The position numbers and the translations under genes were made by a program. 24,232 nucleotides of DNA from an uncultured Deferribacteres bacterium. Lineage in GTDB: Bacteria > Zhuqueibacterota > Zhuqueibacteria > Zhuqueibacterales > Geothermadaptataceae. Positions 8,590-17,264 of this stretch are shown here, in pieces (the stretch's first letter is position 1; the number at the start of each line of letters is the position of its first letter). The stretch spans positions 1-24,232 of the forward strand of contig CAXHAT010000123.1 in assembly GCA_964014485.1 (NCBI GenBank), given 5' to 3'. A model generated the notes under the pieces. The model saw only the letters and a program-made list of their open reading frames with translations, did not search any database and had not been told where the DNA came from.

Positions 8590-10848
8590 ATGGCAATTTA
8601 TAAATATAATCAGCCTTACTATAAGCTCCATTTCGCCGAGCTTGAAGAAGATGTCGCGAAGGTGCTTTCCTTTGAAGGGGAGGAGGCGATTTCGCTGCCA
8701 TTCGAGTATCGCATCGAATTACTCTCCGAAGATCCGGAGCTCGATCCAAACAAAATTCTCAACAAAAAAGCGACTTTTGTGATGACGCGCGAAGACGCGC
8801 CGATCAAAATTCACGGCATTATTTCACGCTTTGAGCAGCGTGGACGAACGCCGGATTACGTTTCATATTTTGCCGTGCTATCGCCCAAGCTCTGGCGCTT
8901 GAATCTGACTTATCAGAGCGAAATCTACCAGCATATGGATATCGCGCAAGTGATCGAGCAGGTTATGAAAAGCTCGGGTTTTTCGAATGAGGATTTCGAG
9001 ATAAACCTGTCGGGCGCTTATCCGGTAAAAGACTACGTCGTGCAATATCGCGAGACCAATTTCAATTTTCTCAACCGCCGTCTGGAACATTACGGCATTT
9101 TCTATTTCTTCGATCATCGCAATGACAATGACGTTATCGTGTTTACCGATGCCAATCAAGCTCTCTCGCCTATCGCCAATTCTGAAAATATTTATTATAA
9201 CCCAAACAGAGACCCGTTGAGCGACATCGAGACGATCACCGAAATTACCTGTCGTGAGGAGGTGGTGACCGGCTTGGTACGGTTGAAGGATTACAATTAT
9301 CTTCATCCCGAAAAACAGATTGTCGTGCAGAACCAAATCGATGCACAAGCTCCGGGGATGTATTACGAGTACGGCGATCACTTCGACGACGAAGGCCAGG
9401 GCGGCGCTTTGGCACGTGTGCGTAATGAGGAGATTCTCGCCAAGAGCAAAGTTTTCTCCGGCACGAGTGATTGCCGACTGTTCCGCGCCGGAGCAAAATT
9501 TACGCTTGGAAAGCACTATCGCGACGCCTGGAACGACGAGTACGTTCTTACGACGATTCGGTCACGGGGCACCCAGCGCGGCTTATTCAATATTCTCGCT
9601 GAACCGTCGAAGGTCACGCCCACTTACGAGAATATTTTTGAAGCGATCCCAGTCGATGTTGCTTACCGCCCGGCGCGACGCACGCCCGTCCCGCGTATTC
9701 CCGGCATTATGAGCGCAAAAATCGAATCGGGCTCCGGTGATGAGTATGCTTTCATCGACGATCACGGCCGCTACCGGGCCAAGATGCTGTTCGACCTCAG
9801 TGACGCCAGCAACGGGGAAGCGACGCTGCCGATCCGCCTGACGCAATCTTACTCCGGCGCGAATTACGGTATGCATTTCCCCAATCACGTCGGGACGGAA
9901 TTGGTCTGGGCGTGCGTCGATGGCGATGTTGACCGCCCGGTTGGAATCGGAACCGTGCCGAATCCGTCGAACAACTCGCCGGCGGTTGGCGGAAACAAAG
10001 CGCAGAGCGTGATCCGCACCGCCGGGCAAAACGAGTTGACGATGGATGACACAACCGGTAATGAAAACATTTATTTACATGGCACGAAAGACTGGACCAT
10101 CGACATCGTCAATGACAAAAATCAAACCATTGGCCATGACGAGTCCGCTTCGGTTGGCAACGACCGCATTCGCGAAGTCGGCAAAAACGAATCGGTGTCT
10201 ATCGGCAATGATCTCCGGAAGCAGGTTGGCAATGACGAAAGCCATTCAGTGGGTAACGATCGCACGCGCCAGGTTGACAATAATGAAACGATTTCGATTG
10301 GCAAGAACCGAAGCAAAGTCGTTGGCGATGACCAGACGGAGCAAATTGGCAAAAACAATTCGCTGAGCATCGGAATTGATTTTAAAGAACAAGTCGGTTC
10401 CAACAGACAAATCGACGTCGGTGCAAATCATGACGAGAATGTCGGCGCTAACAAAAGCGTTTCGGTCGGCGGGAATCAAAACGAGACTGTGAGCGGCGCA
10501 TCGATTGAAAATGTTTTGAAAGCAAAGACTGAGAACGTGGGGTTGGCGAAGACTTTGACTGTTGGCGGCGCTTGCCAGGTCAGCGTCGGGCTGGCGATGA
10601 ATGAAACCGTCGGTGGCGCTAGAATGGAGCAGGTCGGGAAGATAAAAAATGTTATGGTCGGCATGACGAGCACCGAAAATGTGGGTTTGGCGAAAATCAT
10701 TTCGGCGGGACAAAAAATTGAGTTGATCTGCGGCAAAGGCAAGATTTCTATCGAGAGCAACGGCAAGATTTCAATCGATGGCTCGGAATTGCATCTCACT
10801 GCCTCGGGCCCGGTAAAAATCAACGGGGAAGTGATCGATTTGAACTGA
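8590..10848 (+). CDS. vgrG: T6SS spike protein VgrG (copy 1)
   Basis: FEGEEAISLPFEYRIEL, VQYRETNFNFLNRRLEHYGIFYFF, DYNY, IDDHGRY, YGMHFP..GTE, GDVDRP, ENIYLHGTKD, then 8-aa gp5-like repeats. Ends in IDLN. Confidence 0.96.
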   Translation: MAIYKYNQPYYKLHFAELEEDVAKVLSFEGEEAISLPFEYRIELLSEDPELDPNKILNKKATFVMTREDAPIKIHGIISRFEQRGRTPDYVSYFAVLSPKLWRLNLTYQSEIYQHMDIAQVIEQVMKSSGFSNEDFEINLSGAYPVKDYVVQYRETNFNFLNRRLEHYGIFYFFDHRNDNDVIVFTDANQALSPIANSENIYYNPNRDPLSDIETITEITCREEVVTGLVRLKDYNYLHPEKQIVVQNQIDAQAPGMYYEYGDHFDDEGQGGALARVRNEEILAKSKVFSGTSDCRLFRAGAKFTLGKHYRDAWNDEYVLTTIRSRGTQRGLFNILAEPSKVTPTYENIFEAIPVDVAYRPARRTPVPRIPGIMSAKIESGSGDEYAFIDDHGRYRAKMLFDLSDASNGEATLPIRLTQSYSGANYGMHFPNHVGTELVWACVDGDVDRPVGIGTVPNPSNNSPAVGGNKAQSVIRTAGQNELTMDDTTGNENIYLHGTKDWTIDIVNDKNQTIGHDESASVGNDRIREVGKNESVSIGNDLRKQVGNDESHSVGNDRTRQVDNNETISIGKNRSKVVGDDQTEQIGKNNSLSIGIDFKEQVGSNRQIDVGANHDENVGANKSVSVGGNQNETVSGASIENVLKAKTENVGLAKTLTVGGACQVSVGLAMNETVGGARMEQVGKIKNVMVGMTSTENVGLAKIISAGQKIELICGKGKISIESNGKISIDGSELHLTASGPVKINGEVIDLN
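10111..10734 (+). repeat. 26 x 8-aa (24-nt) gp5-type beta-helix repeats in VgrG1
   Basis: NDKNQTIG HDESASVG NDRIREVG ... QKIELICG; 624 nt equals exactly 26 octamers. Confidence 0.85.
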
Positions 10849-10870
10849 ATCGAATCGATGATTTAAATCC

Positions 10871-11935
10871 ATGGAATTTCACAATTACACGCCGTTTTCG
10901 CCAATGACGTTTGAAAGCCTGGATTTGGACGACAATCCATTTCAGGTTATCGTTTTGCGCGGCACGTTCAACATTATTCCAGACGCTCCTCTGAAACCCG
11001 ATCCTGACCAAAAACGCGTTGTCACCGCCGATGAATTCTATGGTGAACCAACGACGAGCAGCATGCGGTTTGAAAATGATCTCGCGCCGTTCAAGCCGCG
11101 CTCCGATATCGTCATCAACGCAATCGCTCATGCGCCCGGGGGCAAACCTTCGCGGCAGTGGGACGTCGCCGTCCAAGTTGGCAAATTGCAAAAGCGCTTG
11201 ACAGTGACGGGGCCACGATACTGGAAGCATCATGCGATCAGTGGCTGGGAATTGGCCAAGCCGGAATCTTGTACGCAGACGCTGATCCGCTATGAACACG
11301 CCTTTGGCGGAGGGTGGCTGCATAAGGACAAATCGGGCGTTTACGAAAAGAATCCCGTTGGCTCCGGTTTCGTGAACAAGAGATTTGCTGACAAGAAGAA
11401 GCTTATACCGGCGCCGCGAATCATGTCGCCAGCCGATCCCGCTCCGAAGCTCGGCGGAACATATAAACCACAAGGCTTCTCTGCAATTGGCAAATCGTGG
11501 CTGCCGCGTCGTAAATACGGTGGAACGTATGACGAACGATGGCTCAAAGAACGCAGTCCCAAGCTCCCCAAAGATTTTGATTTCCTTTATTACAACTGCG
11601 CCCACCCGGACTTGATCTACGACGGCTATCTCAGGGGCGATGAAGTTGTCGTGTTAAAAAACCTGCACAAACGGCGTCCGTTTTTACAATTCTACTTGCC
11701 GAATTTTCAGGTGAGCGCGGCGATCACTGATCACGATGCTTATCGTTACGCCGCTTTGGGAAACCTCGACACACTCTATCTTGACGTCGAAGAGTCGCAA
11801 GCATTTTTGGTGTGGCGCATCACGCTCCCGATTTATGAGGATGGGATCAAACGCATCGAAGCGAGGTTGAAGCAGCCCTCAGACAAAATAAAACATGAAC
11901 CAATGGCAACGAATGGCAGAAGAGCATTGGCTTAG
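10871..11935 (+). CDS. DUF2169-family T6SS chaperone/adaptor (copy 1)
   Basis: N.TPF, ENDLAPFKPRSDIVINAIAHAPGG, VTGPRYW, YEHAFGG, NPVGSGF, W.PRRKYGGTYDERW, LPKDFDF.YYNCAHPDL. Sits between vgrG and a DUF4150 gene. Confidence 0.9.
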   Translation: MEFHNYTPFSPMTFESLDLDDNPFQVIVLRGTFNIIPDAPLKPDPDQKRVVTADEFYGEPTTSSMRFENDLAPFKPRSDIVINAIAHAPGGKPSRQWDVAVQVGKLQKRLTVTGPRYWKHHAISGWELAKPESCTQTLIRYEHAFGGGWLHKDKSGVYEKNPVGSGFVNKRFADKKKLIPAPRIMSPADPAPKLGGTYKPQGFSAIGKSWLPRRKYGGTYDERWLKERSPKLPKDFDFLYYNCAHPDLIYDGYLRGDEVVVLKNLHKRRPFLQFYLPNFQVSAAITDHDAYRYAALGNLDTLYLDVEESQAFLVWRITLPIYEDGIKRIEARLKQPSDKIKHEPMATNGRRALA

Positions 11936-11944
11936 GAAGAACTC

Positions 11945-14002
11945 ATGGCGAATAACCGCGCGGTCAACAAAAGTGCTGAAGCGCTTCTCGTTTGCCAGTC
12001 CCCGGACGTCTGTAAAACGCCGATGGGATCAAGCATGGTTCCGGTCGCCTACCAAATTCTTTCGCAATTCGACAAAGCCGTAAACACAGCGACAAGGGTC
12101 AATTATGGTGGTGCGCCCGCGTTCCATGCCGAAAGCTTTCTGCCAACGGTAACGGGTAATGAAGCCGGCGTTGGCGGCGGATTGTCTTCCGGAGTTAACG
12201 TTGGCGCTTGCCGCCCGACAAATTGGAGCACAACGATACGTACGGAAGGCAACTGGATTGTTCGGCATGACGATGTCTTTCTGATGAACTGCGCCGGGCC
12301 AAAAGGAAGCGGCAACACCAAGGGGAAGGTGATTTATGTAAAAATTGTGCAACTGGCCTGGATCAATGAAGACGGCACGATTGAAGTTGAGAAAGCGGCG
12401 GTCATTGAAGACGCTGAAGGGGACGTCCAAACGCTGGAAAGCGTCGAATTGCGCGACGCCGAAGGGAATGTTTTAGAAAGCAAAGCAAAGCTATCGGAGC
12501 ATGAAGCCATCCATCCGGCCCCGGAATCCGAGCCGTTGCAAATCGATCTGGGAAGAAGCAGCAACACTGGGCCGATCTTGGGCAATGAGGCCATTGGAAC
12601 GGTTGACGAGCATGGACGCATTTATCTTGGCGACGGCATGTATTCCGATCCCGTCGATATGGGAGAGCTCGATTCAACGCCGATAAAGCCCGAAGTGCCA
12701 ACGGACGCGCCGTCCGCCTCGGAACCGGATTTTCCCATCGAAATAGCCGATGATGATCCTGAGTTGTTGAATAACCCGGACTATCTTGAAGCGCTCGAGG
12801 CAGAGCAGGAAGCGCAAAAACAAATCGATGCGATCAATGAAGAACTGGTACGAGAAGCCGCGAAAACCGCGGCTGATGTTGCCGGATTGATCGATCCTAC
12901 GCCGATTAGCGATGCCGTCGCGGGGGCGATGGCCTTGCGAGACGGCGATTTTGTCGGCGCGGGACTCAGTATGCTTTCGTGGATTCCTTACGCAGGCGAC
13001 GCGATTGCAAAACCGCTCAAGGGCGCTCGAACCGCGGCCAGGGTGGCTAAGCTGACGAATAAGCTGAAAAAATTGATGCAGAAGCTCGAAAAGCTTAAAG
13101 ATGCTGTCAAAAGGGCTAAAGAGCGTGTTAAGGAGATGCTTAGAAGAAAACGAGCATCACAAAAGGCCCCGGAAGCGCCGCCTCCCCTGCCGAAGAAGTC
13201 CGCCGGTGGAACTGATGGAGGGAATGTCCCGAAAAGGAAGCCAAAACTCAAAAAAGTCAGCAGAGAAATCCCTTGTTTTCCGGAAGGAACTCTGGTTGCA
13301 ACGAAGAGTGAATTAGTGCCAATTGAGCAGTTATCGGTAGGTGACAAGGTTCTCACATATGACGAGACGGGCCTGAGAACCCTTGAGAAACCAATTACGA
13401 AAGTTCTACGAAATAAAGCTGTTTGCTTTATCGAAATTGCTTTGGCCGGAGACATTATTCGGACAACTAAGAAACATCGGTTTTGGGTCCAAAATCAACA
13501 AATGTGGCTTGATGCTCAATTTCTATCTTCCGGTATGCTGCTACGCAATTCTATTGGCGAGAATTGTAAAATTCGAGGTATTTCAACTCAGGAAGTTGAT
13601 GAGCGCGTTACCTACAATTTGACGGTTGATGACTGCCACACTTATTATGTAGGTCAATCGGGCATACTTGTACACAATACAGGGGATGCGGCCGCCGGGC
13701 AAATCTATCTTGGATATCTCAATGGTGAAGTCGTCTATGTTGGACAAACGAAACAAACGTTGGCTCAACGAATGAAGGGGCACCTGAACGACGCCTTGAG
13801 GTCTCCTGAGAAGTATGGCTGGAAACAAGATATGAAGATGGAGTTAGTTGACGGTATGGACGGCCTGGACGCCGATCAAATGAACTATCATGAGCGCAGA
13901 ATTTATGATGAGTTAAATGAACAGGGGCATGATCTGAAAAATCGTCAAGTGCCGTATACTGATGAAAAGATGGAAAAATTAGCCAAGAAGTACTGTAACT
14001 AA
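11945..14002 (+). CDS. Specialised PAAR-like (DUF4150) polymorphic toxin with HINT autoprocessing domain and C-terminal GIY-YIG-like nuclease
   Basis: N-terminal SPDVCKTP...TGNEAGVGGG..SG...VRHDD...MN (DUF4150). Middle DVAGLIDPTPISDA...WIPYAGDAIAK pre-toxin-like segment. HINT from CFPEGTLV (aa 444) through TKKHRF to TYNLTVDDCHTYYVG..GILVHN (aa 578). Tip GQIY-x9-YVGQT...QRMKGH...YHE...LKN. Confidence 0.85.
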   Translation: MANNRAVNKSAEALLVCQSPDVCKTPMGSSMVPVAYQILSQFDKAVNTATRVNYGGAPAFHAESFLPTVTGNEAGVGGGLSSGVNVGACRPTNWSTTIRTEGNWIVRHDDVFLMNCAGPKGSGNTKGKVIYVKIVQLAWINEDGTIEVEKAAVIEDAEGDVQTLESVELRDAEGNVLESKAKLSEHEAIHPAPESEPLQIDLGRSSNTGPILGNEAIGTVDEHGRIYLGDGMYSDPVDMGELDSTPIKPEVPTDAPSASEPDFPIEIADDDPELLNNPDYLEALEAEQEAQKQIDAINEELVREAAKTAADVAGLIDPTPISDAVAGAMALRDGDFVGAGLSMLSWIPYAGDAIAKPLKGARTAARVAKLTNKLKKLMQKLEKLKDAVKRAKERVKEMLRRKRASQKAPEAPPPLPKKSAGGTDGGNVPKRKPKLKKVSREIPCFPEGTLVATKSELVPIEQLSVGDKVLTYDETGLRTLEKPITKVLRNKAVCFIEIALAGDIIRTTKKHRFWVQNQQMWLDAQFLSSGMLLRNSIGENCKIRGISTQEVDERVTYNLTVDDCHTYYVGQSGILVHNTGDAAAGQIYLGYLNGEVVYVGQTKQTLAQRMKGHLNDALRSPEKYGWKQDMKMELVDGMDGLDADQMNYHERRIYDELNEQGHDLKNRQVPYTDEKMEKLAKKYCN

Positions 14003-14081
14003 AAACTTCCAGTTTTAATTACGACGTTTTACATTCTACAGAAGACGAAATGTATTTGAATCATAAAAAATGAGGCGATAA

Positions 14082-14330
14082 ATGGCTTGGGAAGATTTTG
14101 AACGAAACGGAGTTGAAGGAATGACGGGTGATATTCCTTTTGATGAATTTGCGCTTGCCATTCGCCGAATCGTGAACGCATATCAAGACAGGTTTGACAG
14201 GAACCCGACGATGGCTGAATTGGCGCATGCTTTTGAAAATGTCATCGGCTCGGACCCGGAAAGCTTCGTATCTGACCCTCAGGGGCTCGAATTGGCGGAT
14301 ATCATCGTAAAGCGTCGCATGGATAATTAA
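14082..14330 (+). CDS. Putative cognate immunity protein (82 aa, family not recognised)
   Basis: Small acidic ORF with RBS GAGG immediately downstream of the toxin. The function is inferred from position only. Confidence 0.6.
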   Translation: MAWEDFERNGVEGMTGDIPFDEFALAIRRIVNAYQDRFDRNPTMAELAHAFENVIGSDPESFVSDPQGLELADIIVKRRMDN

Positions 14331-14521
14331 ATTTTTTGATAAACGGATAACGCTGAATCATTCAATCCATTCACTTGCTTTTGAAAGAAATCCTGGGACG
14401 TTTTCCACCAACATACTGTCTATGGAATAATAACCAGCGGGCAGGACGGCGATGTTCGCGTATGGACTGCTTTTGAAGCCTGTTGAACTTTACCCGGCTA
14501 TTCGAAAATGGAGACCTGAGT

Positions 14522-16741
14522 ATGGTCGATTACAAACATAACGAGCCCTATTATAAGCTCAAATTTAGCGAGCTCGAAGAAGACGCCGTCCACGTTTACG
14601 GCTTCGAAGGCCATGAATCGATTTCACGCCTTTTCGAATATCGCATTGAATTGCTCTCGCAGGATCCCGAAATCGACGCTACGCAAATTTTGAATAAAAA
14701 AGCCAGCCTGATTTTCACACGCGGGGAAGAAGACCCCATCAAAATCAACGGAATCATTTCTCATTTTGAGCAGCGCGGCAAGTCGCCGGATTATGTCTCG
14801 TACTATGCCGTTCTCGTGCCCAAAATGTGGCGGCTCGGGCTGAATTTCAACAGCAAGATTTTCCAGCAAGTCGATCTCGAAGCAGTCGTTACGGAAGTCT
14901 TGCAGGAATCAGGATTCGCCAGCGAGGATTTTGAATTTCAACTCAACAATGCCTACCCGCAATTTGAATATTGCGTACAATACCGCGAAAGTGACTTCGA
15001 TTTCGTCAATCGTCGATTGGAGCATTTCGGGGTCTATTATTACTTTGACCATCGCGACGAAAACGACGTGATCGTTTTCACCGATAGCATCGACAATCTA
15101 CCCGTGATTTCCCAGGAAGACGACATCGTCTACAACCCAAACAAAGACCCGATGCCGAAACTGGAGACAGTCACTGAGCTTTCCTGCAAAGAAAAAGTGG
15201 TCACCGGCAAGTTTAAAGTGAAAGACTACAATTTTGAGTATCCAGACAAAGACTTGCAAGCTGAAGAGCAAATCGATTCGGAAGCGCCGGGCACGTTTTA
15301 TGACTACGGCGATCATTTCAAGGACGAGGGCGAAGGCTCCTTTCTCGCCAAAATGCGTAACGAACAAGCCGTTGCCGAAAGCAAGCTTTTCCATGGCAAG
15401 AGCGACTGCCGTCTGTTTCGTACCGGCTTTAAATTTACTTTTGACGTTGGCGAAGATTATCGCAATGATTGGAGCGGCGAATACATCTTGCTTAAAAAAG
15501 CGGCGCGCGGCAACCAGCACAATTTGTTTGCTTACCTGCCGTCCGCCCGAACCGATGTCCCGACCTATGAAAATATCTTTGTCGCCATGCCGACGGATCG
15601 CGAGTATCGTCCGCCGCGCATTACGCCGATTCCACGCATTTCCGGCATTCTCACCGCCAAAGTCGAATCCGGTGCCGGCGATGAATACGCTTTTCTCGAC
15701 GATCAAGGCCGCTACAAATACAAAGTGCCGTTCGATCTCAGCGGCGACACCGACGGCGAGGCTTCGCGCCCGGTACGCCTTTCTCAGCCCTACTCCGGCC
15801 CGGATTACGGCGTTCATTTCCCGAACCACGCCGGAACTGAATTGGTCCTTTCCTTCGTTGACGGTCATGTTGATCGCCCGCTGGCGTTGGGCACCGTGCC
15901 TAATCCGAACAATGTTTCGCCGTCGCTGGGCGGCAACAAGCCGCAGGCCGTGATCCGCACCGCCGCGCAGAACGAATTGCATTTCGACGACACGACCGGC
16001 AGCGAGAACATCTACTTGCACGGCACAAAAGACTGGACCATCGACATCGTCAACGACAAGATGCAAACCATCGGTCATGACGAAACCGCCTCCGTCGGCA
16101 ACGACCGCACCCGCGACGTTGGCAACAACGAAACGATCACTATCGGCAACAACCGCGACAAAAGCGTCGGCAACAACCAGACGGAAGCCATCGGCGCGAA
16201 TAAATCGATTCAGGTTGGCGCCAACCATGATGAGTCGATTGGCTCCAGCATGTCGATCACCGTTGCGCAAACGTTGACGGAAACGGTCGGCATTAATTAC
16301 GCTGAGACGGTCGGCGCCGCGATGGAATTAACTGTCGGCGGGATGCTGACGCAAAGCGTTGGCGCGGCTAAAACCGAGTCCGTAGGCGGAAGCAGCAGCG
16401 AGAGCGTCGGAAAAAGTAAGTCAGTTACGGTCGGTAAAAGTCTTTCGGAAACTGTTTCAGACAACATTTCGCGCAACGCCGGTAAAAATTTCAAGCTCGA
16501 AATTGGCGAAAACGGCGACTTTCTGATCGGTAAAAAAACCAAATTTCAGTCCGGCGACGACCTGACCATCAGCAGCGGAAAGAAAGCAGTGATTGACGTC
16601 AAGGATCAATTGACAATCAAGTGCGGCAAAGCGAGCATCATTATGAAAAAGAACGGCGACATTCAGATCAAGGGCAACAAGATCAATATCAAAGCGTCGG
16701 GCGACATCAAGATGAAAGGCTCGAAAATAGCGCAAAATTAA
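14522..16741 (+). CDS. vgrG: T6SS spike protein VgrG (copy 2), 739 aa
   Basis: Start moved to ATG 14522: GGAG RBS upstream, and MVDYKHNEPYYKL aligns with VgrG1 MAIYKYNQPYYKL. Same VgrG motifs (VQYRESDFDFVNRRLEHFG, LDDQGRY, GHVDRP, ENIYLHGTKD). Ends in IAQN. Confidence 0.96.
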   Translation: MVDYKHNEPYYKLKFSELEEDAVHVYGFEGHESISRLFEYRIELLSQDPEIDATQILNKKASLIFTRGEEDPIKINGIISHFEQRGKSPDYVSYYAVLVPKMWRLGLNFNSKIFQQVDLEAVVTEVLQESGFASEDFEFQLNNAYPQFEYCVQYRESDFDFVNRRLEHFGVYYYFDHRDENDVIVFTDSIDNLPVISQEDDIVYNPNKDPMPKLETVTELSCKEKVVTGKFKVKDYNFEYPDKDLQAEEQIDSEAPGTFYDYGDHFKDEGEGSFLAKMRNEQAVAESKLFHGKSDCRLFRTGFKFTFDVGEDYRNDWSGEYILLKKAARGNQHNLFAYLPSARTDVPTYENIFVAMPTDREYRPPRITPIPRISGILTAKVESGAGDEYAFLDDQGRYKYKVPFDLSGDTDGEASRPVRLSQPYSGPDYGVHFPNHAGTELVLSFVDGHVDRPLALGTVPNPNNVSPSLGGNKPQAVIRTAAQNELHFDDTTGSENIYLHGTKDWTIDIVNDKMQTIGHDETASVGNDRTRDVGNNETITIGNNRDKSVGNNQTEAIGANKSIQVGANHDESIGSSMSITVAQTLTETVGINYAETVGAAMELTVGGMLTQSVGAAKTESVGGSSSESVGKSKSVTVGKSLSETVSDNISRNAGKNFKLEIGENGDFLIGKKTKFQSGDDLTISSGKKAVIDVKDQLTIKCGKASIIMKKNGDIQIKGNKINIKASGDIKMKGSKIAQN
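16052..16627 (+). repeat. 24 x 8-aa gp5-type beta-helix repeats in VgrG2
   Basis: NDKMQTIG HDETASVG NDRTRDVG ... DQLTIKCG; 576 nt equals exactly 24 octamers. Confidence 0.85.
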
Positions 16742-16754
16742 CAGGAGAGAGTGA

Positions 16755-17264
16755 ATGCTGGAAACGGCGGCGGTTTTAACGGAATTGCTCCGTCTGGAGC
16801 AAGGCGCAGTTCAACAGGCGGAGCCGGGCGGCGAAGTCCTGGTCCAAGCTGGCGACGGTGACACGACCGTCTCATGCAAAATCTTGCGGACAAGCATCGG
16901 CGCCTTCCCTGAACTTAAAGCAGGGGATAAAGTGTTGGGCGTTTTCGATACGAACGCCAAAACCGGCTACATTCTTGGCGTTGTTGAAACCTACAATCCC
17001 CAAAAAGACCCGCTGGATGAATTGAGCAGCAAACTCAGCATGCCGGAAGACGAAGTCAACATCGAACTGCCGCGTAAGCCGAAGGATGTTAAGGTGAACG
17101 GAAAAAGGATTGTTTTTGAGGCGGATCACGAAATTCAGCTCAAGTGCGGCAAAGGCTCAATTTTGATGGATCGCCAGGGCAAGATTGTCATTCGAGGCAC
17201 GAATTTGATCAGCCGGTCAAGCGGCATGAATAAGATTAAAGGCGCCGCCGTCAATATAAACTGA
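16755..17264 (+). CDS. Short spike-like accessory protein (DUF6484 / PA0096-like; OB-fold plus VgrG-type tip)
   Basis: RBS AGGAGAG. N-terminal ..AGDKVLGVF.....GYILGVV resembles the gp5/gpV OB-fold. C-terminal EIQLKCGKGSILMDRQGKIVIRG...IKGAAVNIN. Lies between vgrG and DUF2169. Confidence 0.7.
   Translation: MLETAAVLTELLRLEQGAVQQAEPGGEVLVQAGDGDTTVSCKILRTSIGAFPELKAGDKVLGVFDTNAKTGYILGVVETYNPQKDPLDELSSKLSMPEDEVNIELPRKPKDVKVNGKRIVFEADHEIQLKCGKGSILMDRQGKIVIRGTNLISRSSGMNKIKGAAVNIN

Noticed and set aside
10111..10734. Periodic GTCGGC/GTTGGC...AACGA repeats as a CRISPR array or VNTR
   Set aside because: The 24-nt period is degenerate, in frame, and explained by the VgrG beta-helix octamers.
13274..14002. 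Mobile intein with homing endonuclease
   Set aside because: The nuclease lies outside, C-terminal to the HINT domain's His-Asn end, and is followed by an immunity-like gene, which is polymorphic-toxin architecture.
14483..14521. TTG-initiated extension of VgrG2
   Set aside because: ATG 14522 has a GGAG RBS and aligns with the VgrG1 N-terminus.
15098..16270. 390-aa minus-strand ORF (and other long antisense ORFs over tssF, clpV, vgrG1, DUF2169)
   Set aside because: Shadow frames of well-supported genes with biased codon usage; no protein-like motifs.
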